Origin: Octopus vulgaris
Lineage: Eukaryota
Length of the DNA stretch: 64,000 nt
Assembly (NCBI GenBank): GCA_951406725.2
Contig: OX597817.1
Coordinates: forward strand, 34,658,001-34,722,000
Direction: 5' to 3'
Within the stretch, counting starts at the first letter, position 1. The number at the start of each line of letters is the position of its first letter. The notes beneath the pieces are model-generated. The model was not told the origin of the DNA. It saw only the letters and a list, made by a program, of their open reading frames with translations, and made no database searches. Shown here piece after piece: positions 25,223 to 38,600 of the stretch. The position numbers and the translations under genes are program-made.

Positions 25223-25823
25223 TATGAAGTATAATTTTCTCACAGTCGAATTTCCAGTGTGTTCAACGATGCGCTATTTCTTGCAGAATATTGGAGTTGG
25301 AACCCATTCATTAAAAGAAAGCGACTGAATAGACAACCAAGGTAGCTGAAACCAACTCTGGGTAATTGTGGTTGATAAGCGACTGCAAGTGGCACCCTTT
25401 TGCAGGTGAGTCGTACAGGCCAAGGGTGAAACGCTTGTGATTTTGAGATAGCTACTGAATGTGTATGCTCTGGTCGCCAGCAAGAGAAAGAGCTTGCAGT
25501 ATTTTTAAGAAAGCTTCCGCAATTTCTGTTTGAGGCAAAGCATCTCTGATGTTTATCTCACCTTACATGAACCGTCATTGTTTTTGTTTAATCTCAAGTC
25601 AACTCTGACAGAGAAGGTCTATCAGCCAAACGAGAGAGAAGGTCGTATCAGCCATAAGCATCTCATTCTTTCCTCGGACTATACACATTTTGAACTACTT
25701 TAACCAATATAACCCTCCCTTTTTGAAATAGTAGGGTGTAATTGGAGAGATATTTGGTTGTTATTTCTAGCAAGCAGATCGATCACATAGCGGTTGTCTC
25801 GTTGGCGCCATATTGGAACAGTT

Positions 25824-26871
25824 GGATCTTGGTAGTTTTCGTCACTGTCTACAATTTTGTTCCATTTGTTTTCAAATTTGGTATATAGATTAAGTTTTGT
25901 ATACTAATTATGAAGATGAAATTCATTTTCCCTATAAAACCATAACTAATTAGTTATTAGCTTTTAAAATTTACAGAATTTGGATATTTTAGCCAATCAG
26001 AAGCGAGTATTTTACACATCATCGTGGCGAAAAGCTCTGTTTCCATAGTAACCAAAGATGCTGCGCATGCACACATGGAGGAGAAGGAGATACGAGAAAG
26101 ATAATCTTCTTACTATAATCCTCTTGTGGAGGCACATGGCCTAGTGGTTAGAGCATCGGACTCGCGGTCGAGGGATCGCGAGTTCGAATCTCAGACCGTG
26201 CGATGTGTGTGTTTATGAGCGAAACACCTAAGCTCCACGCGGCTCCGGCAGAAGGTAATGGCGAACTTCTGCTGACTCTTTTGCCACAACTTTCTCTCAC
26301 TCTTTCCTCCTGCGTCTTGCGGCTCACCTCCGACGGACCGTCGTCCCGTCCAGGTGGGGAACCTATACGCAAAGGGAACCGGGAAACCGGTCCTTATGAG
26401 CTTGGCATGGCTTGAGAAGGAACAAACAACAATAATACTCTTGTGTTTTTCTCCGTTACAACATATGAATGAGAAAGGAAGGGGTGATAGATGAATGAGA
26501 AAGGAAGGGATGATAGATGAATAAGGAAGGAAGGGGTGAACGGCAAACTGGTAGCGAGAGCGTTTCAACTCTGTGTAAGTATGTGTGTGTGTATGGGTGT
26601 GCGTGTACAAGAGAAGTTGCAATGTTTTGATATACCGATGCCACCCACCCCTAACCCCTGATGATGGAAGAAGCAGCGAACGCGCTGTTTTCTGATTGGC
26701 TGAAAATTCTGAAGATTATCAAACTTTGAACACCTGTAATATTTTTGCAAACTTTTTTCTGGAATAAATGAATAACAAATTCGAATTCAGTGTCAAGAAT
26801 TACATTTACATGATACTTTAAAAATTACTTTTAAAGATAATTGTAAGCCGTGACGAAGACCACAAAGATCC
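25824..26871. mobile_element. Unclassified non-autonomous TIR DNA element
   Basis: Imperfect ~33-bp TIRs (GGATCTTGGTAGTTTTCGTCACTGTCTACAATT / AATTGTAAGCCGTGACGAAGACCACAAAGATCC) and an internal inverted AGCCAATCAGAA / TTCTGATTGGCT pair. Confidence 0.6.
26128..26431 (+). mobile_element. tRNA-derived SINE (head X, tail 1)
   Basis: TGGCCTAGTGG A-box and GTTCGAATC B-box; 13-bp TSD ATAAT(C/A)CTCTTGT. Confidence 0.9.
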
Positions 26872-27025
26872 GAGCAATTTGATGCATGATGTGTCCCAAG
26901 ATGCTGCAATGCACAGATTCTTCTTTTATCGTTTATCTTTTACTTGTTACAGCCACTGGACTGGTGTCATATTGGGGCATCGCTTTGAAGGGTTTAGTCG
27001 AACGAATAGTCTCCAGTACGTATTT

Positions 27026-27400
27026 GAGTGGCTGTGTGGTAAGTAGCTTGTTTACTACCAACCACATGGTTCCGGGTTCAGTCCCACTACGTGGCACCTT
27101 GGGCAAGTGTCTTCTGCTATAGCCTCGGGCCGACCAAAGCCTTGTGAGTGGATTTGGTAGACGGAAATTGAAAAGAAGCCCGTCGTATATATGTATATAT
27201 ACATATGCGTGTGTGTGTTTGTGTGTCTGTGTTTGTCCCCCTAGCATTGCTTGACAACCGATGCTGGTATGTTTATGTCCCCTTTAGAATAAGTACTGGG
27301 CTTACAAAAGAATAAGTCCCGGGGTCGAGTTGCTCGATTAAAGGCGGTGCTCCAGTATGGCCGCAGTCAAATGACTGAAACAAGTAAAAGAGTAAAAGAG
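27026..27400 (+). mobile_element. CORE-type SINE family B
   Basis: GGCTGTGTGGTAAG head, GGCACCTTGGGCAAGTGTCTTC core, AGTAAAAG-repeat tail. Confidence 0.88.
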
Positions 27401-28823
27401 AGTATTCTATCAGTCTCTTTTGCCGAACTGCCCCAAGCACTACTGAGCTGCTCAGTGCGACTGAACCCGTGACCAAGTAGTTGTAAAGGGAGCTCCTTAA
27501 CCTCAGCTATGCTTGCGCCTTTATATCAACAAAAACCTTAAAACTTTGTCAAAAAATACAAAAATAATAGCAATGATAATATATTTTAATAGCCTTTCGG
27601 CTTCAAGATGTTAAGAACAGAATCAAGACGAAATACAAATAAATAAATAGGAACCGAAACATAATAATAGCAGTATGGCAATAAAAAATACAATAACAAA
27701 AAATTTACTATAAATAACAATTAAGAAATTTCGTTTTTGTATTTGGTTTGCAAGATTCTTATTGTGAACTCGTGTATTGAAATATATTTTGTTATATCCT
27801 GCGGTTCTTGAGATATCTTGTCCACGGACAAACAAACAGACACGAGTGAAAACAATACCTGCGCCTTCGCTAAGGCGGAGGTAACAAGTGAAATAGAAAC
27901 AGTGCACGTGTTTATTATTCATATTGAATCTCCCGAGATACAACAAAAACAACATAAGTACGAGCCAATAAATTGTTAATTGGTATCTATTATATCGATC
28001 TCAGTAAGATGAAAGATAACGCCAATCTTGGCCAGATTTGAACTCAGAGCGCAAAGGAATATAACTTAATACCACAAGATATTTCGTCTGGCGCTCTACT
28101 GGTTCTGTGTGTGTGTGTGTGTGTGTGTGTGAGTGTGTGAATGTGTGTGTGTGTGTAAGTGCTTGCATGTGTGTGTACATCTTAATTAGTTCATTTAAGG
28201 CAAATGTGTTCTGGGAGAGGACTCAATAACTAATCATAAATTAATTGGGGCTATCAGCTATTTTCATGTGAAATAATTCCATCGGATCTATACGTGTATG
28301 CGTGAGGGCGTGTACATATACATACATACATACATACATATGTTCACGTGTGTGTATGTGTGTGTGTGTGTGTGTGCGTGCACACGCGTGTGTACATGAG
28401 AATAAAAGTTTAATGAATACTATTTAAGATAAATGCTTTATTTTTAAAAGTTATCTTACTAGAAAAATGTTAACAAATACCTCATGATAATTGCAACACT
28501 AAACGATAAGGGGGAATAATTCCAAGAATCAAGAATTATCCGAAATTGATATGCCATCAAGGAAAAGGCATACTGATTACGGAAACAAGATAAGTGTTTT
28601 GGACACGTGTTTCTACCCCAATATATGTCATCAGAACAGCTGTTCTTCAGTTCATTTGAAACTTAGACAAATACGAAAAGTGTAGCAAATATTTATGGCG
28701 CAAGAAAATATTCATAATTTAAGCGAAGATTAGCTGAGAGAAAAATATTCAGTGGCCTGTGCTGGGGTGTACGTGTATGTGTGTACGAATGTATATATGT
28801 GTATGTTTGTATGTGTATGTATC

Positions 28824-28913
<90 letters not shown>

Positions 28914-29072
28914 ATTATAATTAGGGTTCAGCTAACTACTTCACCACATTACCGAAATTAGAAAAAGGAGTTAAAAATTCCTCTTCTACTACTATAAAAA
29001 TCTCCATGACGGTAATCATACTTTTTTTACGAAGGCAAAGAGAAAAACAATGAATCAACACGACCAGGATTA

Positions 29073-29131
29073 ATTATATACGCGTTTCGAGATTAAAGTA
29101 ATTTAAGTTTTACTTCTCTCTCCAGTATAAT
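29073..29131 (-). ncRNA. Minimal type I hammerhead fold with A6G core change
   Basis: Minus strand ATTATA-CTGGAGA-GAGA-(AGTAA..TTACT)-TCTC-GAAA-CGCG-TA-TATAAT, inside a ~270-bp unit between two (TA)n tracts. Confidence 0.55.
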
Positions 29132-29179
29132 ATTTCCAATTTTTATGACATTGAAAGTGCTAAATTAAAATTTTAAATT

Positions 29180-29257
<78 letters not shown>

Positions 29258-29259
<2 letters not shown>

Positions 29260-29900
29260 GAGGTTGGAAGTTGTAACTAAATTAATTTATTTAGGAAGTA
29301 CTTTGAGCATTATTGGTCTTGATGATGAAATTTCGTGTAGTATCAGCAAGTCTAGTAGAGCCTTTGGTAGACTTGATAAGCGTCTCTGGTCACGCCATAG
29401 AATATCTTCTCAAATAAAAGTTAGGGTTTATAGCACGTGTTCTGTAGTCGTTGCTCTATGGAAGTAAGACATGGGTTGTTTATTATAGGTATTTAAGGCA
29501 TTTGGAACGGTATCATCAATATCGTCTTAGGAAAACTCTTGGGATAAATTGGAAAATGGCCATCAGTGATGTGGAAGTGCTTGAGAGAAGTGATGATAGG
29601 TGTAGAATCATTGATTCTACAAAGTCATTTGAAGTGGGGTAGACATCTGGTGAGAATGAATTATGAACGGCTTCCTAAGCAACTTTTGTATGTTGAGGTG
29701 GAAGATGGTAGGAGGCCAACGCATAAACCTAGAATGAGGTTCAAGGACTGCCTCAGAATTGCTCTGACACAGACTGGAGTTTCAGTTGTTGATAGGGAGA
29801 GGGAGGCACAAGAACGAAATGGAGGGAGGAAAAAGTGCGTAGTGGTTGTTCGAAGTTTGAAAGAGAGAGAATGAAGTACGAGAAGATTAAGAGAAGGCTT
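29258..29900 (+). pseudogene. RTE (BovB-like) LINE reverse transcriptase C-terminal fragment, frameshifted
   Basis: IYLGSTLS...AFGRL...LYGSKTW...LKWGRHLVRM..RLPKQLLY...KPRMRFKD spread over three frames. Confidence 0.88.
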
Positions 29901-30018
29901 AGAGTTCAAGAGTCATACAAAGGCTTCACATTGCAACATGAAGGACTCATTTCAATGATTCTTTTGAGCAATGGCTTTGATTGTATACGAGAAAGCAGCT
30001 ATTATATATATATATATC

Positions 30019-30077
<59 letters not shown>

Positions 30078-31187
30078 ATGAAATTATCTACGTATGTATA
30101 TATATATATATATATATATTTGTTCATATATATATGTGTGTGTGTATACACGTATATATATATACATATATATGCACATACACACACATATTACATACAC
30201 ACAGACACACACACACACACAGCGGCATGCACAAACACACACACACACATAAATTATCCGAAAATTACAGTATTATATATCCATCACAGCTGATCTCACC
30301 AATTAGTTTCGCGCAAGGAATACAACGGAGTTTTAGGTAACAATCCGATTACATAACCTTACACTCATCAGAATTAGCCGATGCGGAAGGGAATATGGTG
30401 ATAGCTCTCGATTGTCGGAGGTAGATTAACACATCCGGTGGTGAAACGGAAAATGGCCCAGGGTTGGGGGTTGAGTTAGGAGTTATGTCCCTTGGTTAGG
30501 TACGTTGTCTGCCCGATAAGTGATATTTTGAAGTGTTTGTGGGGAAGGTGTGCGTTATTAAGTGTGATGCGGGATGAGGTGTGTGATATTTGTAGTGGTG
30601 CTATATGCATAATTTTTTCCGGGGTCTAAGTATACATTGTTGTGTTCGTTGGTGTGTTTTCTTTCTGTACTGGTTCAGGCCGTGTGGGGTTTAATGTTAG
30701 CGTGCAGTGTGCAATGTGTGTGTGGGTGGGGGGGGGGTCTATGTATGTGCCTACGTGTGTGTGTGTGTGCGCGCATTTAATTCGTTTATTTAAGGCAAAT
30801 GTGTTTTGGGAGAGTGTTTGGCAACTAACCATTAGTTGGGGCTGTGAGTTACTTTCATATCTATACATACATATATATGTGTACACGCATACATATATAT
30901 ACACACTTGCACACACACACACACACAAATACATACATAAATACATACATACATACATACATACATACATACATGCATGCATGCATGCATACATACATAC
31001 ATACATACATACATACATACATACATACATACATACATACATACATACATACATACATACATACATACATACATACATACAACTGTATAATAATATATAT
31101 TCTCCGATTTGATGCGACAATTTTTAAATACAAATGACCGAAAAATGATGACCTAACCCTAACCAGATTCGAACATACAAATCAACT

Positions 31188-31300
31188 GGAGCTTAGGTGT
31201 TTTTGCTCAATAAACACTCACAATGCCCGGTCTGGGAATCGAAACCGCGTTCTTAAGATCGCGAGTCCGCTGCTCTAACCACTGGGCCATTGCGCCTCCA
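31188..31300 (-). mobile_element. tRNA-derived SINE head X fragment
   Basis: Near-identical to 49545-49655. Confidence 0.85.
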
Positions 31301-32838
31301 CGCCTGATGTAACCTGTATCGTAATCGAAGACTGAGAGGCGTGATTGAGGGGATGCGAACTGTCAAGTGTTTGCTTGTGGAAATGACCAGGCCTGCTAGG
31401 GGAGACAAGATATTAAGTACATATATCATAAACGTTTTTGTTGGTAAGTCATTGTAGGTGTTGGATTTGTGAAGCTGGAATGTTCATCACTTGAATGCTA
31501 CGCTGTACCTTCGTGCTGCGGTTGTCTCTCTATCAGAAAGGCAAGTTTGAATTTGAATACATTTGGATACATTGAAGGTTATATACACTAATTTGGAATA
31601 TCAAGATCTTTGCGCTTCAAATTATTCATATGAATTACACTTATAAGTAATGTAAATATTTTTAAAAACATATATCACATCTTCACTCCAGAGAAAATAA
31701 TTTTTAACATGTAGAGTGTCGAGATAACAGCTCCGGATCTGATTTTTTAATTCTGTATAATAGGCCCTACTTTATTTAGTGAAATCTTATTCAAATTTAT
31801 TTATAGGCCTATATGCTACCTAGGGCCTTCAGTTTATTGTGACTTTTATGTAAATGTCACGTGAAGTAAAGCTAACTGCAAAAATATAAACATCATAAAC
31901 AGTGTCTTAGTCAGTCGTTTACCATTCTTTGCAATTAAATAATAGGACTCTGGCATCGTCATGGAACACTGCACGAAGGAACAACGCACTATCATTGTTA
32001 AAACACATTATAAATATGGGTTTGTAATCAAGCGCCGAGGTTTTGTCGAATGAGTGTTGGAAAAACAAGAAGTGGACACTATTTATTCGAAGATTGTCTT
32101 CAGCGACAAGGCCCACTTTCAACTTAATGGATAGAGGCGTACGTGTATAAAAATGACTTAAGACACAGAGAAAGGACTTGAGGCACAGAGAATCCGCGGG
32201 AGTCATAGGCGTCATTCGTTGCGTATTACGTTCCACAAGTAATCGTTGTAATATCATTATTATGCGTTTTATCGCCTAATTAAATCCGGCACTCTTGGGA
32301 CACCCTGCCGGCTTTTCATCGAACCGTCATAGCCTTATCAGAACAATTGTGATTTGGGTGAATAGGCCTTTGAAAATGTTACTTTTAATTATTGTTTTGC
32401 TACTCAAACATTTTTGATTTATCAACAATAGTATACAGACCTACGTTTGTATTCCTAAATTCATATCTTAGACGCCATTTCAATCAGTATGACCTTGTAT
32501 ATTATGTATAAAACTTTTATACTAAAATTCGAGATTTTAAACCTTGAATGTTGTGCAGTTTTATCTGGTACGCCATTAAGTCCTTTGTTGTGTCACGAGT
32601 GTCACCAATTTTATTCAGACGTGACTTACCTTTGGCTTGTCAATGGGCCCAGGGGTATAATTTTCCCTGAACGATTTTCGTACGAGAAGTTTTACTCGCC
32701 AAACTGACCCAAAAAGTCATATTTTCGCGAAGTGGTTACAATGTTATAAACCAATTTGCGAATTTATATAACAGTAATAATTATTGGGACACCCTGTATG
32801 TATTGAAATCTAAAAGTTTTTCTCTTTTTTTCAGAATC

Positions 32839-33678
32839 ATGTCAGACGCCAAGAGAAAGTGCAGACAGTATAATCAAGATTATTTGAAGTTGGGATTTGT
32901 TACTTCACCAGAAAATGAATTGATCCCCTTGTGTCTACTTTGCGAAAAGACTTTCAGCAATGATAGCGTGAAGCCGTCTAAGATGAAAGAATATATAGAA
33001 AGGATTCATAGTGACTCCCCTCCCCCCAAAAAGGAAATGGTATTGATTATTTTAAAGCTCTAAAAGTGAAATTCAACAATAGACCAGGCTTGAAAACATT
33101 TTTTTAAGCCGCCTGCAAAAACTGATGTTGAAGGAGGACAGAAAGCCTCCTACAACATAGCCCTTAATATTGCGAAAGACAGCAAGTCTTACTCCATCGG
33201 CGAGGAAGTGATTATTCCTGCTCTTGTGGAAGTTATTGAAAATGTGATGAAGGCTAATCCTGACACTGTTTTAAAGTCTGTTCCGTTGAGCGAAAATACA
33301 GTGAAACGTCGCACGTTTATATCGGAGCTGCAGTCTTCGAAGTTTTCTCTTCAACTCGACGAATCAGCATTTGGCAGTTCCAGTGTATCGATGGCATACG
33401 TAATATATTTTAGTCGAGTCTCAAATATGTTACTGATGAGTTTCTATTCCATTCTCGAAAATATTATTGCCGTTGCAACCGACGGTGCACCAGCTGTGGT
33501 TGGAAGGTACTGAGGTTTCGCTGCCTTTTTCAAGCTGCCTTTCATTGCATATTGCACCGAAACCATCTTGTGGCCAAGAAGCTTAGTGATGAGCTGCATG
33601 AAGCATTGATGATTTGTGTGAAAGCATTCAAAAAAGTAAAAGCACACACCGTCAACTCAAGATTGTTCGCAAGATTGC
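32839..33678 (+). pseudogene. Degenerate Buster/Charlie-type hAT transposase (ZBED5/SCAND3-like)
   Basis: RQYNQDYLKLGF...PLCLLCEK..SNDSVKPSK (BED finger), FSLQLDES, ATDGAPAVVG and HCILHR motifs, with frameshifts, a stop and deletions. A polypyrimidine tract and CAG lie just before the ATG. Confidence 0.88.
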
Positions 33679-33717
33679 TTGTGGCAGAATCGTTAGCACG
33701 CTGGACGAAATGCATGA

Positions 33718-34110
33718 AGGCGGCGAGCTGGCAGAAACGTTAGCACACCGGGCGAAATGCTTTGCAGTATTTCGTCTGCTGCTACGTTCTGAGTTCAAAT
33801 TCTGCCGAGGTCGACTTTGCCTTTCATCCTTTCGGGGTCGATTAAATAAGTACCAGTTACGCACTCGGATCGATATAATCGACTTAATCCGTTTGTCTGT
33901 CCGTGTTTGTCCTCTCTGTGTTTAGCCCCTTGTGGGTAGTAAAGAAATAGGTATTTCGCTTGTCGCTACGTTCTGGGTTCAAATTCTGCCGAGGTCGACT
34001 TTCCTTTTCATCCTTTTGAGGTCGATAACACTGAAACACTGGGGTCGAAATAATCGACTAGTCCCTCCCCCAAAATGTCAGGCCTTGTGCCTTTGGTAGA
34101 AAAGATTATT
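33718..34110 (+). mobile_element. SINE family A, dimeric form
   Basis: Monomer, then junction AAGAAATAGGTATTTCG, then a second central domain and ATT tail. Truncates the hAT transposase. Confidence 0.9.
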
Positions 34111-34656
34111 ATCATTATTATTTGAAGTAGTTTCAATCGGCTCCATGCAACATAGAATTTTGTAGAGTCATTACAAGAACTCAACTCGTCCAGCACAAGC
34201 AGCCGACTGTAGAGTTGTAGGAGTTCCAAGCTGGCTTTCATATCTTAGGCTGCTACTGGGTAAGGCGGCAGATTACATGGTTTTGTTGGAATTACAGCGA
34301 CATTAAATGCATCTGAATTTCAAGGGCAACGTAGCTGGACGGGTACTTAATGCTACTACGCTGTCTGGATAATATTCGAATGAACTTAAACGACATTGAT
34401 AGCCGGTGAAGGAATGTACACGCGTGTGTGTATGCCTATTGTATAAATGCGGGGACGTGTGTGTCCGTATACATCTGCTATGTGTGTCTATTGGGGGGTG
34501 CGTGTGCATGTAAGCTGGAGTGTGGGTGAAGGCTGGTGACATCAGCTCAATGATGCATGTGCATACGGGTTTGCTGGGATGTGTATGTTTATGGGTGCGG
34601 GTGCGTAACAAGTATGTATATACTTGTGTGTGCATATATGTGGGTATGCATATGAC

Positions 34657-34736
<80 letters not shown>

Positions 34737-34744
<8 letters not shown>

Positions 34745-34898
34745 CGAAATAAGGTACTCGGAAATCTAGATGGTTTTATATTTACAGATATTTATTAGCA
34801 AGCGCTAATATATGATTTATAAAAACATGTGACATATTAATAAATATCTGTAAATATAAAACCATCTAGATTTCTGAGTACCTTATTTCTTCTAATAT
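34737..34898. repeat. ~61-bp inverted repeat with 40-bp spacer, between (TA)n tracts
   Basis: Arms 34737-34797 and 34838-34898 with two mismatches; a single-arm relative lies at about 11117-11177. Confidence 0.85.
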
Positions 34899-34925
34899 AT
34901 AATACCTGTACATCATCTCCAAACG

Positions 34926-35004
<79 letters not shown>

Positions 35005-35008
<4 letters not shown>

Positions 35009-35135
35009 ATCAAATTTACAGAAAACAAAAGATGAAGACAGGTGTAGCAACAGCAAGCAGATTAGTTTAACGCTCGGGAAGAATGGAAAAGTCTTTTACA
35101 TTTCGAGCCTACATTCTTCGGCGGAAAGGATTAAG
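35005..35135 (-). mobile_element. Decayed copy of the CUGUGGA hammerhead-like element family
   Basis: Reverse complement resembles 46090-46226 (GTAGGCTCGAAATGTAAAAGAC, CCCGAGCGTTA, ACACCTGTCTTC). Confidence 0.6.
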
Positions 35136-35190
35136 AGGTCAAAAATGGAGAAAGAATGAAAGAGAAACGGAGATACAGGAAGAGAGGGAG

Positions 35191-35221
<31 letters not shown>

Positions 35222-35904
35222 CAGAGAGAGAGAGAGAGGGGGGGAGAGAAAGAGAGAAGGAGATACCGGAAAAGAGAGGGTTAGATGGTAGAGCTATTGA
35301 ACTTAACAAAATCTTTTACATAACTCTCTATTAGTCTGATTCTGATGGGTTTCTTTTTAAAGAATTCGGATCTATAAATCCCCAGGTGGATTCTGCTCTG
35401 GAGTAAAAGTTTAAGTAACCTACTCTTGTGCATTTCTGCCCTTATATAAATAGGAGATCATAATAATAAGCGTTTTTTAGAATAGACACAAGGTTTCAGA
35501 TTTGGGGTGAGGAGATAAATCGATTACCAACCCCAATTCTTTTACTGATAAATTATCTTATCGATCCCGAGGAATGAAAGCCAATATTGACCTTGTATGG
35601 CCGAGAAAGAAGTATTTTTTCTGCTTGGTGACTTTGGTGAAGGAAGTTGTGCAGTGGACAAAACTGAAAAGACTGAAGGCAGATACCTACTTCTTTGGCC
35701 AATCAGCTTTTTCAAGTTTCCCTTGACAAGGAAAGCGTGGGGAAAATGGAAGAGTTGCCACCAGCACATATGTTGAAAGATGGATGAGAATACCAAGAAT
35801 AGTTCGAGTGGACGGACTTGCTCTGGGGTCTATAGATTGAGGGAGGAAGATATGGAGAGGGCACCCGCTCTAGTGGTCAGTGGACCATGATTTTGTAGGG
35901 TTTT

Positions 35905-37085
35905 CACATGCCACCCTATTATGATATATATTGCAAAGTTAATGGTCTTAAACCGTTTGTTTCTTTTGTCCTCTATAAAGATATTTGGTCTTTTTGATTC
36001 AATAGTATAGTCTTTATGGAGAAATCCCTTAAATTCTGTAGTTCTTGATATATTTCATTGCCTCCGGTTTGTGTCCATACCACTTTTCTGTTATTTAGGT
36101 TCACACGTCCCAATGCATAGTTTTACCTTCATAGTCATGCCTACTTTTATACTCTTTTTGTGCTAGCTTACTACATTCACTTAAGAGATGATTAGTCTCC
36201 TTCCTTACAGATTCTACATTTCCTCTCTGATTGAATTTTGTGGATCCTTGTCTTTATCAGATTTGTCCTAATTAGCACTTCGGTCTCTTGTTTCAGGTTA
36301 CTGTTCGTCAACCACAGCCAATGTCCTTTATTCCCAACATATTTAGTTTGGTGCATAAATTGGTCATGTAATTTCTTTCCATCAGCTACTTCTCTTGTTC
36401 TTCTTTCTGTTTTTTTAATTCTACTGTTTCAGTAACTTTTGAACACACCTAGCCGCTGATAGCATACTTTTTTCAATACGTACAACTCAATTTTCTGCAT
36501 TTAATAATCTTCTTCTTTCCTTCTTGGTAGGTAGAGTCAGACGGTATTACTTGTTGGGTGGTGTACAATGTGCATTGTGAGCAGCTTCCTACTTATTCTA
36601 TCCAAATAAATTCTGTAGCTTGATCCATGTCAGTTTTAGAAAAGGAACAAAGTACCCTAATACTGGCACAGCCCATATATTTCATGCTTTAGTGATATTT
36701 CTTCCACTCAATTTTGTTTCGAGCACCTTCCTAATTCATCTATTGTACTATGTGGAAAATTTTCTCTCATTTCTCCTTCTATTATCCTAGCGTCTTGCAG
36801 CACCCCTAATTATTTGTATCCCTTATTATTCCACAGTGAACTAATGATACTGTCATGTCGTAATTTTATACCATTAGAATTAACCTTCCGGTCGCTCTTC
36901 ATGATTAACCCTGCGCACCTATTTATCCCAAACTTCACTCTAATATCCTTGCTGAATACTCTTACAGTTCTGGATCAGAGAAACCACGTCTTTTTCACAT
37001 TTTGTATATAGTTTTAGTTCATCCATATAAAAAAGGTGAGTTATTTTCACCTTGGTTTAGGTAAATAGGTAAGCCTGCATTTTCT
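35905..37085 (-). pseudogene. Decayed R4/Dong-like (RLE) non-LTR retrotransposon ORF
   Basis: Minus-strand remnants in order: HLFYMD (RT), FSKDIRVKFGINRC, YK-LGVLQ, NIWAVP, CRIC..HLLSECSKLAQKEYKSRHD (CCHC), DFSIKT...RPNI (RLE region). Confidence 0.7.
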
Positions 37086-37107
37086 CATTATTAACAACAT
37101 TAATTTT

Positions 37108-37540
37108 AAGACAGTAAGCTGGCAGAATGTTTAGCTCGCAGGGCAAAAAATGCTTAGCGGTATTTCGTCTGGCCTTTATGTACTGGATTCAAATTCCCCC
37201 GAGGCTGACTTTGCCTTTCATCCCTTTGGGGTCAATAAAATAAGTAGCAGTTAAGCACCGGGGTCGATGTAATCGACTTACTCCCTCCTCTATAATTGCC
37301 AATATTGTGTCGAATTTTGAAGCCATAAGGCGGCGAACTGGCAGACTCCATAGTGCGACAAACAAAATACCTAGCGGCATTTCTTTCGGCCCTTTACTTT
37401 CTGAGTTCAAATTCTGCCGAAGTCGACTTTGCCTTTCAATCGTTCGGAGTCGATGGAATAAGTACTAGTTGAGTACTGGAGTCAGTGTAATCGACTTAAC
37501 TCCTCCCCGAAATTACTGCACTTGCGCAAAAATTTGAGAT
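37108..37540 (+). mobile_element. Two tandem decayed SINE family A copies
   Basis: Heads at about 37110 and 37328, each followed by the central domain. Confidence 0.8.
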
Positions 37541-37563
37541 TATTATCATTATTATTATTATTA

Positions 37564-37630
<67 letters not shown>

Positions 37631-38035
37631 CATTGAGTGTGAGAGCAGCGCAATGCATCAAAGTGACACTGGGGTACAATTATGCGAAGCCCAATATACC
37701 CATCATGATTACCCGTCTGATAAGGGTACACCAGGCACATGCATCACAGCCATATATTCGCGACATGGTGATCTCATATCAAAGTTAACAACGCATGACC
37801 TTTAAGGATGTTGATCGAAACACCCATATTCCAGAGGTGAATTATCCAAACCCCAAAGAATTCCTCTCAACACATAGCTATGATGCTCCCCCACTACTCC
37901 TGCTCGTGATCAGAGAAGCACATATCGTCATGCTCAACTGGTTATGGTGAAGCAACTGACAAGCACATCTGTGGTATTGAGCAAAATATTTGTTGCAGCC
38001 CATCTTTTATACCAAAGCAAAGCAATGTACATGTA
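37541..38035 (-). mobile_element. Probable retroelement 3' fragment with (TAA)n tail
   Basis: ~400-bp non-coding unit abutting a long (ATT)n tract at 37541-37631; family not assignable by eye. Confidence 0.35.
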
Positions 38036-38062
38036 TTATTATTGTTGTTGTTGTTGTTGTTG

Positions 38063-38094
<32 letters not shown>

Positions 38095-38537
38095 TGGCAC
38101 AATCGTTAGCACGCCGGGCGAAATACTTTTGAGTTCAAGTTCCGCCGAGATCGATTTTGCCTATCATCCTTTCGAGGTCGATGACATAAGTACCAGTTGA
38201 GCACTGGGGTCGATTTAATGGTCTGCACCCTCCTCCAAAACTTCAGGCCTTGTGCCTATAACAGAAAGGATTATTATTATTGTTATGATAATCATTATTA
38301 TTAGGGTGGCGAGCTGGCAGAATCGATAGCATATCGGACAAAATGCCGCTAAGCATTTCGTCCGTCGTTACGTTCAGAGATCAAATTCCGCCGAAGTCGA
38401 CTTCGCCTTTCATCCTTTCGGGGTCGATAAAATAAGTACTGTCGAGTACTGGGGTTCGATGTAATCGATTATCCACCTCCCCTAAAATTCCAGTCGCCTG
38501 CCCCCAAATTTCAGACCTTGTGCCTTTATTAGAAAGG

Positions 38538-38597
<60 letters not shown>

Positions 38598-38600
38598 GTT
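38095..38600 (+). mobile_element. Two tandem SINE family A copies with ATT tails
   Basis: Central domains at about 38150-38195 and 38395-38440. Confidence 0.8.

Noticed and set aside
26128-26202. tRNA-like sequences (also near 31230-31300 and 49580-49655)
   Set aside because: These are SINE heads continuous with SINE bodies (TSDs at the 26 and 49 kb copies), not tRNA genes.
31151-31165. CCTAACCCTAACC telomere-like motifs (also near 30460 and 63853)
   Set aside because: Only one or two units each; not an interstitial telomere array.
31712-32796. Possible Tc1/mariner MITE ending TGGGACACCCTG-TA
   Set aside because: The right TIR is plausible, but the left TIR is too degenerate to fix the boundaries.
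32839-33678. Domesticated ZBED5/SCAND3-like host gene
   Set aside because: Frameshifts, an in-frame stop, deletions and SINE truncation indicate a dead transposase.
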